Positions 11,750-23,129 are shown, counted from the stretch's first letter. The stretch: 26,863 nt of DNA from Octopus sinensis (GCF_006345805.1 NW_021834081.1:1-26863); one strand, 5' to 3'. Translations and numbers: made by a program. The notes: generated from the letters alone by a model not told the origin.

Positions 11750-11780
<31 letters not shown>

Positions 11781-11970
11781 TATGTGTGTGTGTGTGTATG
11801 TGTGCGTGCAGATATATATACATATTTATCACGAAGTATGTCTTATCAAAAATATCTATTGATTATTACCCATCCCTAAACAACGCCCCTGGCTGTAGAC
11901 TGATTGATTTAAATTTTCTCATTTTATCAGTAATGTCGATAGCACGATAGTGTATAAAATGCACGCACAT

Positions 11971-12032
<62 letters not shown>

Positions 12033-12085
12033 TATATATATATGTATGTATATATACGTAATTATATATATATATAGATATACAT

Positions 12086-12139
<54 letters not shown>

Positions 12140-12260
12140 ATGTCAGTATTATATTTGGGACGTATATATGAATGTGCGTGATTATGTATGTGAAATATAT
12201 TATTTATAAGTGTGTGTTTACGCGAGTGCACGTGTAAATGTGTAATGCATATATATATAT
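11260..12260. repeat. CT-rich tract followed by compound TA/TG/CA microsatellites
   Basis: Direct reading. Confidence 0.9.
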
Positions 12261-12879
12261 ATTTATGTAGCTGTACTGAAGCTGTATCTATACGTGTGCA
12301 ACCCTATATTTAAATACATTCCTCAGTAAAGAAATGCTTCAGGTTAAAGCAACGACGAAGCTATATGAGCTGTCACATTTGCACTCGAATCTGTGTGGAA
12401 ATTTTCTTATGGCCTCAACAACTATAAGCTACAGAAGATTATTACGTAACACCTGCTCTTTTGTCATTCATTTAGAAAAAAATGACAGACGCACATGTAG
12501 ACACACATGTAGACACACATGTGGACACACTTGCACCACACCCAAACACACACACGGTACACACGCACACATTTGCTTCATACGAACACACGTCAGATAG
12601 CAGCATACATACATACATACATACATAAGAAATAAACATGGACACACACATAGACACACGCACTAATGCACAGAATATACATGCACACATTAGATTCATA
12701 CACACACAACTGCTCACACATATATATATATATTCATACCATCTACACACACAGCTGCTCACAGACATATATGTTATTTCCACAGTTGACACCCTTGCGA
12801 CCCACGCCTGAAGTCACCCCACACAGTTGTCTCCTCGTTACTTGCCCTTTAGCAACCTCTTCTGCCTCCGGTCATTTGT

Positions 12880-13000
12880 GCATGCGATGACCGACTAACT
12901 GAGACACGTTTGCTCTTTTCTGTTTCAACATTTTTTTCTCTCCTCCTTCTGTAGAAAAGCGTATGTTCGAAAGTCTTTTCCTCGTATTCCTTCTTAGCGT
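12880..13000 (+). mobile_element. Highly degenerate third copy of the Penelope-like terminus family
   Basis: TTTTTTTCTCTCCTCCTTCTGTAGAAAAGCGTATGTTCGAAA-GTCTTTTCC..TTAGCG aligns with 14400-14482; the CGTAAAA segment is missing. Confidence 0.5.
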
Positions 13001-13264
13001 AACCCTTACCAACCCAGGTATAGTATAGGAGATGCAGTAAGGAAGATCCCATTCCAAGATTACCCATGATGAGGCATTAAGTTCAAATCTCAAAAATAAA
13101 AGAAAAAACTGCACGAATACGCATTTTTTTTATGTTTGCAGTATTTTTCCTACTTATTACAAAAATTCCATTGTCTGTAGATACACTATTTCGTCCTTAT
13201 TTCGCATAATCAGTATTTCATAGCTTAAAAACATAGATTAAACTAAATTAAGCATTTTACGAAG

Positions 13265-13500
13265 CAATACACACACACACACACATATATATATATATGT
13301 ATATTTAAATATATACCCATGTATGTATAAATATATACATTTATATATATACACTCACATATATACATATATATACCTATATACATGTATGTAGGTATAT
13401 GTATATGCATGTATGTATATATATATATATATGTATGTATGCATGTATGTATGCATGTATGTATGTATGTATGTATGTATGTATGTATGTATGTATGTAT
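13265..13500. repeat. Compound CA/TA/(TATG)n microsatellite
   Basis: Direct reading. Confidence 0.95.
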
Positions 13501-13722
13501 ACCGCAGCATGGCGCAACGTCTGGGCTGAAACGCATAGAATAATGAAAGAATATATAAACGGATTAGTACCACTGGTGAAGAAATGAACATAAACGCCAT
13601 CGGAACATTAAATCAATTCATATTAGCATATTTGTATCAGTTACAGAAGAAATTAAAATTATAAAGTATGTATGTACTTACATTCATACTGACAAATAGA
13701 CGGATAGACAGACTTAGATACA

Positions 13723-14250
13723 TCTATTATATAAAATCCGTTCTGTCTGTCTGTGTGTGTGTTTTCTAGGATCTCGGGCATCCTCCATCCGATTGCGCTC
13801 AAATTTGATATGTAGAATGCCAGGTGAGAATGCCATCGATAAAGCCGTGGGAACGTGCATTTGTACGCGCAAGTGCATCAGCTTTTGCGATCAAAACTTC
13901 GCATACGCGAGAAAAATGCACGTGTAGTTTGCACAAAAAAGGCTGCTGGCTTGAAATAATGCCACAAAATGCAGTATATTTAAGAGACCAAAAAAGTAAG
14001 ATGCAAAATAGATATTTTCTTCAAACTTGACATGAAGGAACGAAAAACTATTTGGTTTCTGAAGGTTTTAACAAAACCAAAAATTTTATGGAAATAAAGG
14101 CATGCTTAATTATTTTTTAATGAAAAGAAAACACTGATTGCTTTTTATTCAGCAGATATAATTAAGCACCGTCCATTGGACGGGGTGGGGGTGCGTTTTG
14201 CTCGTGCATAAATATAGGTTGCGAGAACGCATATAGCTTGCGGGAATATA
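13723..14250 (+). mobile_element. Probable non-autonomous Helitron-like element
   Basis: A|TCTATTATATAAAA start followed by (CTGT)n and CCGATTGCGCTCAAATTTG, typical of short Helitron 5' ends. Possible subterminal hairpin GCGAG..CTTGC at 14221-14241. No terminal CTAG seen. Confidence 0.45.
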
Positions 14251-14371
14251 AACAAACAAACACCAGCTGTCAGGCATTTGGGTTACAAACAGCGACACAA
14301 AGATACACACACACGCACATACCTACCGATACACACATACACACACACACACATATATATAGGACCCCATG

Positions 14372-14555
14372 ATAGATCGTTAGCTACTACACGCACTTTT
14401 TTCTCTCCTTGTGTTCTTCTGTGTATCTTTCTGTCGAAGAGCGTAGGCTCGAAACGTAAAAGACTTTTTCTATTCCTGAGCGCTATACTAATACATTTGT
14501 TTGTTTGTACTCCACCTGCCTTCGTCTTTTGTTTATTTTCGTAAACTTTCCCTTT
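14372..14555 (+). mobile_element. Penelope-like terminal-repeat remnant
   Basis: Matches 20035-20220 (GGCTCGAAACGTAAAAGACTTTT..GAGCG..ACTAATACA..CACCTG..TTTTGT). Contains a hammerhead-like motif and ends in (TA)n. Confidence 0.65.
14426..14463 (+). ncRNA. Candidate minimal type I hammerhead ribozyme (A6U variant)
   Basis: UCUUU-CUGUCGA-A-GAGC-GUAG-GCUC-GAAAC-GUA/AAAGA. Helix I 5 bp, helix II 4 bp, helix III palindrome ACGU. Confidence 0.55.
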
Positions 14556-15386
14556 ATATATATATACATCCACACGTATGTATACATAAACATATATACC
14601 CACATACATCTATACAGTGAAGCAGATTCTGGTTCGCCGTGATTTTCTACTCATTGAGATTTGTGGCGAATATCTTCTCTACCTTTAAACACATAGCCCT
14701 CAGCGTTTTTAAATATCAGGTTATTCTGAGAACACTCACTGAAATAACTTTTTATGCAAGATGGTAACGAAATTCGTCTCAAGCTTGAATTCCCGGCTTA
14801 AAATCCCTAAAAATCAACAGAATTTCTTAAAGCTATCAACTCAATAATGACTTATATGATTGCCAAAAAATGGCAAAAGAAATTATCCCCATTGGCTCAA
14901 TAAAGACTGGAATTATTCTGTGACGAATTTTCTCTGAATTAAATTATTTCACAAGAACAATTACGCCCCCGGCATCATTTGCTGAACACAAGAGTCGGGC
15001 TGTTCTTTGCGGTTTTATTCTCAAATCTGAAAACAGTGCATAAATAATAGTAAACGAACGCACTCCTCGAATTTATATATCTCTAGGAAGTATAATAGCA
15101 TGTGCTAATATACGTGTGCTGAAATTCTCTTTCCACTACTTTTAAACAGTTTCTTTGACGTACGAAAGAAATAACTGGAGGAAAAATATAATAATGTTCC
15201 ATCGTAGATTTGGATTTGAATTTGAATTTCGAAAACAGAAAAAAGCCTCTGATCTACGGAAGACTATTTGCTACGTGGGGTATACGTAAAATACACATAC
15301 ATAACTACATCTCTCACCTAAGAAATTGGGAAAGCTAAAATAGTGAAAAGTGTGCGAAGGTAGCAAAAACAAATCACTTTAATATA

Positions 15387-15709
15387 ATCATGAAGTATAT
15401 TTATCACTTAAATGTGGCTAACGCTTAAGGGTGGATGCTACTGTAGCTTGTAGCCCCAGGAGAACACCTCCTCCAGCTGGCTGTTGACACACTTTCTGTG
15501 CCCTATCAGTATTTGCAAAGGAAGCCATCCTTCCTATATCTTCCTGATATTCTTGAAGAAGGAAAGATGGCTTCCCTTTGCAAATACTGATAGGGCACAG
15601 ATAGTGTGTCAATAGTCAGCTGGAGGAGGCGTCCTCCTGGGGCTACAAGCAACAGTAGCATTCACCCTTAAGGGTTAGCCACATTTAAGTGGCAAATATA
15701 CTTCACGAT
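15387..15709. mobile_element. Fold-back / MITE-like hairpin with arms of about 149 bp
   Basis: 15387-15535 is the reverse complement of 15560-15709 at roughly 90% identity by eye; 24-nt loop. No TSD seen. Confidence 0.9.
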
Positions 15710-16163
15710 GTCGTGCAGCTACTGTTTATACCACGCTCAGAGATTTATTATTACTTTAATATAAATTAATCACATTCGAACACTAGTTTGGAAATCCATT
15801 ATCAGAAGAGGGTGGCGAAAAGAAAAACAACAAGAAATTCGCTCGAGATTAACCATCAGTTTAAAAAGGGGTCCCTTTTTCATGAGCATACAGATTTATG
15901 CTGAAGAAAATCCATGTACTGTGACAAAAAGGAGTTTAATATTGGTGGAAAAGCTAGAATAGATCTGAAAGGAATATTGTCCTTGCATTACAGCAAAACT
16001 ATAGTTTACGAAAGCTAATATCCTTGAGGTTGCGATCGAAAAATCTCCGGGATACGAAAATACCAAAAAGGGATTTCATTAGTGCATACTGGCCGATGTA
16101 AAAAAACCAATCTTCTATCTCCAGGCATCTTATTGACTGTTGCCTGCAAAATTGTAGCACGTA

Positions 16164-16668
16164 CCGTAAATCCCAGAGTATAGTCCACCCTTGAGTATAA
16201 TACGCAGGGGATTTTTAGGGGGTTGTACCTTATGTATAATACGCACTCCTTCTCTAACTTGAGTCGTGCATAATTAAGCCAGCAGCACCTAGTCGAACAA
16301 ACACTTCCGCGCATGCGTAATACAATAATAGCGATGTTCTTAACTGTTATATGGGAATGTAAATGTTTGCAAATTGTTCTTTTTTTACATGTTATTCTGT
16401 GATCTGAATACTTTTATTTTAATGAATGTTGCTTACTGCAAGTTATGGATGATTCTTTTATGACTTCATTGCTTTCAGGCTTAGCTTAAGGTATTTTCCC
16501 GCCCAACATCACAAAATGCGTCTGAGCAAACATTGCCGGACAGCAAATAGAGAATCGGACATTGCTTAGAAAATATTTTTCATTTTTAACCTCGTTATAG
16601 TACGCACTAGGGATTTTGACCTTTAAATTTTTGGGGAAAAAATGCGGATTATACTCGAAGATTTACGG
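16164..16668. mobile_element. Non-autonomous Tc2/pogo-like (Tc1-mariner superfamily) DNA transposon
   Basis: TA|CCGTAAATCCCAGAGTATAGTCC ... GGATTATACTCGAAGATTTACGG|TA. Imperfect TIRs of about 23 bp, TA target duplication, no ORF. Confidence 0.8.
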
Positions 16669-17158
16669 TAAATGATACCAAACGTATTGGCACCGACAGA
16701 AATAAAACGAATGCGCCAAAGCAAATCCACTCACATAGTAAAGATTTACCAAGCAATAACATGCAAGAATTTAATTTATATATACTGTATATAACCTGTC
16801 TGAATCTATTCGTTCAGCTTCGCTGTGATAGTAACAATATCATCACAGCTGATCAAGCAGATTAAAAGAAAGGTCATTCAACGTCTCGAGCAGAGAACTT
16901 TGTTGGACAGAGAGAGAGGGGGAAATGTCAACTGCTGTTGAACGATTTGTACGGCAGAGAGGAGGAGGGAGAAGAGGAGATAAGGAGAAGAAGGGAAAGT
17001 TACCAACTGTTTGTTACTAGAATATAAATTATTTCTCCGTTCCATTCAATGTTTTACAAATCTGGCGTTGTTCTTTGTTTACTCCTGGCAACGAGCGTTT
17101 CACTAACACATGTTACCTCTACTATAACTCCTCTTTCTTCCCCCCCATCTCTCTCTCT

Positions 17159-17192
<34 letters not shown>

Positions 17193-17425
17193 CATACTAA
17201 CTTATCAACACCAGATGACATTTCTTTTTCTCTCTGATGAAGTTTTCAGCAGAAAACATTAAACTTCTCGCCTTCCCTTCCAACTTCACACATATTTCAA
17301 TGTCTGAATTATTTAGATACAAACTATATGGTTTCTGTTCTTTTTTGCTCGTCAGAAATACGTGTCAGATCAACGCTGTTCAATTTCAGACTACACTCTT
17401 CCTTGTTACTTACGTACTCAAACTA

Positions 17426-17992
17426 TTAGGTTGTCTGGAAAGTTCGTGCTGGAATTTTAGTAGCTTACATTTCGATTTATTTTAGAACATGGTTGAGTCC
17501 ATAAAATAGGATTTGACTACACCCCCATTTAGAGCACAGTTTAAGCTATCTTTTCGTGGAAGAAGGTTTATGTTCTTATAACCTGTGTTAATTCAGTAAC
17601 CCTTTAAAATAGGAGATAAGAAAGTTCATTTTCGGCACTTGATGCTTTGGGAACCAGACAAAAATTGCTGCAGCTCGACTGGGATGTGTTACCCCACCTT
17701 CCATATTCACCAGATATTGCTTCTTCAGATTTCCACTTATTCAGGTCTCTGCAGAATAGTCTTAATGGTAAAAAATTCAATTCCTTGGATGGCGTAAAAA
17801 GATCCCTTGATGAATTCTTTGCCATGAAACCACCTCGATTCTGGGAAGAGGGTATTTTCAAGTTAAAGGAAAGATGGAGACGCACTGTGCAACAAAATGG
17901 TTCATATTTGCTTGATTAAAAATGCAATGGCAAGTATTTATTGACCTTTTTCTTTCCTATAGAAATCGGCACGAACTTTCCAGACAACTCAG
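17426..17992 (+). mobile_element. Internally deleted mariner transposon
   Basis: TIRs TA|TTAGGTTGTCTGGAAAGTTCGTGC and GCACGAACTTTCCAGACAACTCAG|TA, enclosing transposase remnants. Confidence 0.92.
17609..17919 (+). pseudogene. Mariner transposase remnant (N-terminal ~15 codons joined out of frame to the C-terminal ~88 aa)
   Basis: ATA(start lost)GDKKVHFRHLMLWE, then TRQKLLQLDWDVLPHLPYSPDIASSDFHLFRSLQNSL..KLKERWRRTVQQNGSYLLD*. Contains the mariner YSPD(L/I)A-x-x-D motif. Confidence 0.9.
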
Positions 17993-18974
17993 TATTATCT
18001 TCTTCAGTTTCAAGGTACCTGATCCATGTGGTTGAGCCTCAGACCACAGTTCATCCTGCTGTCCCGCCACTATTTCGTCTGATAATCTTATCTGGATTAA
18101 ATTGTTATCTTGCTTTATTTCTTGCATCGTCATGCAGGTTGTATGATCTGCTAGAAATAACAGCCAAATTTCCTTTAATTCTCATTCTACTGTCTCTGTG
18201 GGAACCGAAATGCGTTTTGTCAACATAGTTCTAAATATATCTGGAGCATATTGCTGGAACACATTTGAACATGGATTTGTCTCCTTAATTAGATCTGACG
18301 TGCAACAACAACAACAACAGCAGCAGCAACAACAACTAGTGATAAACTCCACTCAGTCACAGAGGTTTGTTAAGCCCCTAACCGCAGCTGCTCTCTTTCG
18401 TAGAAAACCAGTGAAAAAGCACAAAGCAAAATCCATGAATTGTGAGAGAACTATTTTATTGTTTGGTAAGAAAAATACTCACTAATATAATTTCCTGTGA
18501 AACCAACGAAATTCACATCAATATTGCTGCTGTTGCCGCTGCTGACGCCGATGGCGATGTTAATGAAATAGTTTTAGCAATTAAATTTATATTTCAATAG
18601 ATGAAAATTGTAATAACTGGGTGCAACTTGGCAAGCTTATATCTTGCTTTATCGACAGAATATTTTTTTATTCCAATATATTTTTTATCACAATATATTT
18701 TTTAAAGAGACATCAATGGTTATTTACTTAATGTAAATACATCGTTGAAAGGCAAGTTGCTAGTTGCTGCGATATTCGTTCAAAAGTAATGTCTCTTATG
18801 AACGCACTGTGTTTAAAAACCAAATATATATAATACTAACTTTGAACCTGGGTCTCTAGTCTGAAGATAATGTCCTCCCTTCCTCACGCCAGTCTCGGAC
18901 ACTCCGTAAACGGTCACCTGTGATGATCTTCCAAACCAGACTGAGTTGTGTGAAATACAAAATTGCGTTATTTT

Positions 18975-19188
18975 TTATCTTTTACTTGTTTCAATCATTA
19001 GACTGCGGCCATGCTGGGGTACCGCCACGAAATACTTTTAGTCGAATGCATCGACTCCAGGACTATTTTTTTTTTTGTTTTAGCTTGGTACTTATTCCAT
19101 CGGTCTCCTTTTGCTGAAGCGCTAATTTACGGGGACGTAACAAACCAACACCGTTTGTCAAGCATTGGTCATACACACACACACACAC

Positions 19189-19224
<36 letters not shown>

Positions 19225-19250
19225 GACACACACTCACACACACGCATGTA
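18975..19250 (-). mobile_element. SINE family B, 3' half only, plus (CA)n
   Basis: Matches the 3' part of 19387-19575; no 5' half beyond the microsatellite. Confidence 0.85.
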
Positions 19251-19386
19251 TATACATATATTATTTATTTGAAGGACACAATATAAGCCCTTTAAATAAA
19301 TAATATTTACCTCTCACCAGAGGGAGCACTGTTTTTGTTGAATTTTCTATCAGGGAACAGTACATTATATATATATTATATATATA

Positions 19387-19616
19387 CTCTTTTACTGGTT
19401 TCAGTCATTTGACTGCGGCCATGCTGGAGCACCACCTTTTAGTCGAGCAAATCGACCCCGAGACTTATTCTTTGTAAGCCCAGTACTTATTCTATCAGTC
19501 TCTTTAGCCGAACCGCTAAGTAACGAGGACGTAAACACACCAGCATCGGTTGTCAAGCGATGTTGGGGGGACAAACACAAACACACAAGCATATACGCAC
19601 AACATTCATATATTAT

Positions 19617-19663
<47 letters not shown>

Positions 19664-19845
19664 GATATAGATATAGATATATACATATATACGACAGGAT
19701 TCTTTCAGTTTCCATCTACGAAATCCACTCACAAGGCATTGGTCGGCCCGGGGCTATAGTAGAAGACACTTGCCCAAGATGCCACGCAGTGGGACTGAAC
19801 CCGGAACCATGTGGTTGGTAAGCAAGCTACTTACCACACAGCGAC
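19387..19845 (-). mobile_element. SINE family B, the most intact copy
   Basis: Complete head, CORE-like segment, internal microsatellite at about 19577-19690, and tail. Confidence 0.92.
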
Positions 19846-19920
19846 TGAAACTTTTTTCAGTAAAGAATTTCAACAAAAAGTAGCAGCATATTAAAATACC
19901 TTTAAAGGTTAAAATTATAA

Positions 19921-20019
19921 ACAACTTATAAACAAGGGCAAAAGAAAAATTATTTAAAAGTCTGTTATCAGCATATTGGCATGGAAATCATTTTTCTTTT
20001 GCCTTTGTTTATAAGTTGT
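19921..20019. repeat. Short fold-back, 35-bp arms
   Basis: ACAACTTATAAACAAGGGCAAAAGAAAAATTATTT pairs with AAATCATTTTTCTTTTGCCTTTGTTTATAAGTTGT (2 mismatches). Confidence 0.85.
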
Positions 20020-20034
20020 ATATATATATATATG

Positions 20035-20220
20035 TTGGACCGATGAACTCTACACATTTTTTCATTTTCTCTTTGTTTATTTTCTATTATTCCTTTCTGC
20101 TGAAAGGCATAGGCTCGAAACGTAAAAGACTTTTCCATTTTTCCCGAGCGTCAAACTAATACACTTACTTGTTGCTCATACACCTGTCTTCATCTTTTGT
20201 TTTTCTATAAATTTCAACTA
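20035..20220 (+). mobile_element. Penelope-like terminal-repeat remnant (second copy), degenerate hammerhead at 20092-20129
   Basis: CCUUU-CUGCUGA-A-AGGC-AUAG-GCUC-GAAAC-GUA/AAAGA; homologous to 14372-14555. Confidence 0.6.
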
Positions 20221-20248
20221 TATATATGTATATATATATATATATATA

Positions 20249-20408
20249 TACGACAGGCTTCTTTCAGTTTCTATCTACCAGATTCACTCGCAAGACTTTG
20301 GTTGGCCCGGGCTTATTGTAGAAGACACTTGCCCAAGGTGCAATACAGTGGGAGTCAACCCGGAACCACGTGGTTGGGAAACAAACTTGTTACCACACAC
20401 CCACGCAT
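20249..20408 (-). mobile_element. SINE family B, 5' half only
   Basis: Head and CORE-like part matching 19690-19845; ends at (TA)n. Confidence 0.85.
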
Positions 20409-21324
20409 GCGCCAATTACTAAACATGTTTTTATTGTTTTAGTTGTTGTCGATTTTTTTTTGGTTTCTATTGTTGTTGTAGGAATAACGTGTAGGAGTTT
20501 GTTGGTGGGATGGTGATGTTAGCGCCACCAAATTAAAAGCAAAATTATTTCTGTGATAAAAATCGATCCCAATAAGAGAGAAAATAAAATTCTCTCTGGA
20601 GAGTGCATACATGTTGGGGAAGAGCCTGAATATGTGTGGCCACATGTGTGTGACTATATAACTGTGTGACTATGTAATTGCTTCTGCCGATGCTGCTGCT
20701 GCTGCTTGCTGCTACTTCTGCTGCTACTACTACTTCTGCTGCTGCTGGTAATGTTAACGCTGTTATTGTTCGTGTACGACTGTGGTTGATATTTTGTTAA
20801 ATATTGGATTTATTTCCGTGATTCTATGCATATATATATGTACATGTGTGTATATGTGTGTACTGCTGTTGTTGCGGCTGAACTGTTGTTGTTGTTGTTG
20901 TTGTTGTTAAGCAACAAGACGGGTAAGGGTGATTATGTGATTTCTAGGGCTTAGGGGCGGGAGACCCCAGACCTTGGAAAAAAAAAAAAAGCTTTGGTCG
21001 TCTTGTTGTAGTCGAGAGCTCTTCGATGACGCCCGACACCCCTTGGAGGTGGCCCTCGAAGTCGCTGGAAATGGAGATCTCTCGGTCCATACTCTTGAAC
21101 TGCTGCTGCTGCTGCTGCTGCTGCTGCCGCTAGTGTCGTTATTGTTGTAATTCGAAGAGGTTCTGGTGAGACATTCTGCTATCATGTAAACGTCCTTTCT
21201 GATTACGTTTGCTTATGAGGTGATGGCATGTGTGTGTGTGTGTGTGTGGTATTATGTATGTGTGGGTATGTGCGTGCATGCGTGCATGCGTGTATGTATA
21301 TGTATAACGAACAGATGTACTTGA

Positions 21325-21575
21325 TGCTGTTGTTGTTGTTGTTGCTGCTGCTGTTGTTGATTTTCGTGGTGGTAGTGTTGTTGTTGCTGTTGTTCTTATT
21401 GTTGTTATTGCCGTCCTTGTTATTTTTGTTGTTGCTGTCCTTGTTGTTGTTATGTGATAGTGGTGGTGGTGGTGGTTGTGGTGGTGGTGGTGGTGGTGGT
21501 GGTGGTTGTGGTGGTGGTGGTGGTGGTTGTGGTGGTGGTGGTGGTGGTGGTGCTGGTGGTGCTGGTGGTGCTGGT
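21325..21575. repeat. (GTT)n/(GGT)n trinucleotide tract
   Basis: Direct reading. Confidence 0.93.
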
Positions 21576-21909
21576 TTTGAAAGAATAACAGTGTAAATAA
21601 AGCGAAACTACGACTCTCAGAGTCCTCTTCTGTCGTCACCAATAGAGGAAAGTGTTTGTAGCTAACCTCTTTCACATGATGTCAGGATTATGCTAAGAGC
21701 TACGATGTCACTCCATTTCAAAACTTCTAACGAATGTATTTAATCTCCTTTTCAAGATGTTAAACGATGTTAAATGTTCTTATTTAATTGCTTTTGTTTC
21801 TATGGCGTTAAGCGGCCGGAACATAAATGTCATCCTGTGGTCTGTCACGTGTGATAGCAACCTACCATAAAAATTGGGCATAATAGTGCAGCCGTGGCTT
21901 TATAAGCAC

Positions 21910-21983
21910 ACGCGTGGCTTTGTGGTAAGAAGTTTGCTTGCGTACCACATGGTTCCGGGTTCAATGGCAACTTGAACAAGTGT
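21910..21983 (+). mobile_element. SINE family B head (interrupted)
   Basis: GCGTGGCTTTGTGGTAAGAAGTTTGCTT..CCACATGGTTCCGGGTTCA..TTGAACAAGTGT; the element resumes at 22296. Confidence 0.75.
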
Positions 21984-22164
21984 ACAGTTCTATATCTAAG
22001 AGATGAGAAATTATGTACATTATTTACATTATTTACATTCGATAGATATTTGTCCTCATTTTGTTGTTAACACAACGTTTCTTCAGGTGTCTTGGGGAAA
22101 TTTCGAACATGGGTTCTCATTCCTAAGGTATTTTTCGATGTTGTTGCTGTTGTTGTTGTTGTTG

Positions 22165-22217
<53 letters not shown>

Positions 22218-22295
22218 GTTCAGGTCACTGCTTGGAGTCGAACTCGGAATATTGGGGTTAGTAGCCAGCGTTCTTAACCACCATGCCATATGCCG
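21984..22295 (-). mobile_element. tRNA-derived SINE family C with internal (AAT)(AAC)n and a hammerhead relic
   Basis: Minus strand GGCATATGGCATGGTGGTTAAGAACGC..GAGTTCGACTCC head (A and B boxes), microsatellite, then a body containing GACAC-CTGAAGA-AAC-GTT-GTGTT. Confidence 0.75.
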
Positions 22296-22720
22296 TGGAC
22301 AAGCGTCTTCTACTACAGGCTCGGGCCAACAAAAGTCTTGTGAGAGAATTTGGTAGACAGAAACTGAAAGAACCCTGCCGTACATATATATATATATCAT
22401 GTATATTTCATCCAAAATGGACACCGACAACATTCCTCCATGTGATCAGCTTGTATGTATGTATGTATGTATGTATCAATGCACGTATGTATGCCTTTCT
22501 GTTTGTGTTTGTCCCGCACCGCCGCTTGGCAACCGGTGTTGGTGTGTTTATATCCCTGTAACTTAGCCGTTCGACCAAAGAGTTCGATAGAATAAGTACC
22601 ACGCTTAAAGAAAATAAGTATTGGCATCGATTCATTCGACTAAAAAAAAAAATCTTCAAGGCGGTGCCCCAGCATGGCCACAGTCTAATGACTGAAAGAA
22701 GTAATAAACAAAAGATAAAA
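22296..22720 (+). mobile_element. SINE family B body and tail
   Basis: GGACAAGCGTCTTCTACTACAGGCTCGGGCC.. through ..CCCCAGCATGGCCACAGTCTAATGACTGAAA. Confidence 0.85.
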
Positions 22721-23026
22721 AAAACTATAGAACAAAACGTTTGATATTGGTTAACCAATCAGAATCTTTCAAAGGATAAACCAATCGTCTTAGTTACAAC
22801 CTACCTCCTATGGATATCAGCCAAATGTCAAGCCAATTATATGCTCTACCGTCTCAAGAGGTGAAGGGCTTATAATAATTGGATAAGGAGGTCCGGGGTA
22901 CATTACAACTGAAGCAATAGATGTGATGGTCACGGTTAGAACATACTTGGATACAAGTCAAAGCTGGACTAGGGCTGAATAGCAACATATAAAGAGCATG
23001 GATTGTAATAGTAGCAGCGGCAGCAA

Positions 23027-23061
<35 letters not shown>

Positions 23062-23129
23062 TAGTAGTAGTAAGTAGTAGTAGTAGTAGTTACTAACTAC
23101 AATTGGGGAATCGATATTTAACTGTAAAA

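Noticed and set aside
11222-11879. 153-aa and 202-aa ORFs
   Set aside because: Translations of CT/TA/TG microsatellites.
17234-17262. CTGATGA followed by a GTTTTC/GAAAAC hairpin
   Set aside because: The only GAAA is inside the hairpin; there is no GAAA-helix III-NUH or helix I after it.
18198-18485. PolyQ-containing 95-aa ORF
   Set aside because: No ATG context, splice signals or recognisable domain; CAA/CAG tracts are common in this window.
18861-18950. CTGAAGA and a TGATGA nearby
   Set aside because: No properly placed GAAA or supporting helices.
21139-21675. 178-aa His/Thr-rich ORF
   Set aside because: Derived from (GGT)/(GTT)/(TG) repeats with non-AUG start; no domain.
22800-22990. 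Possible old dispersed repeat related to 18130-18200 and 26400-26640
   Set aside because: Similarity by eye is too patchy to define boundaries or class without an alignment.
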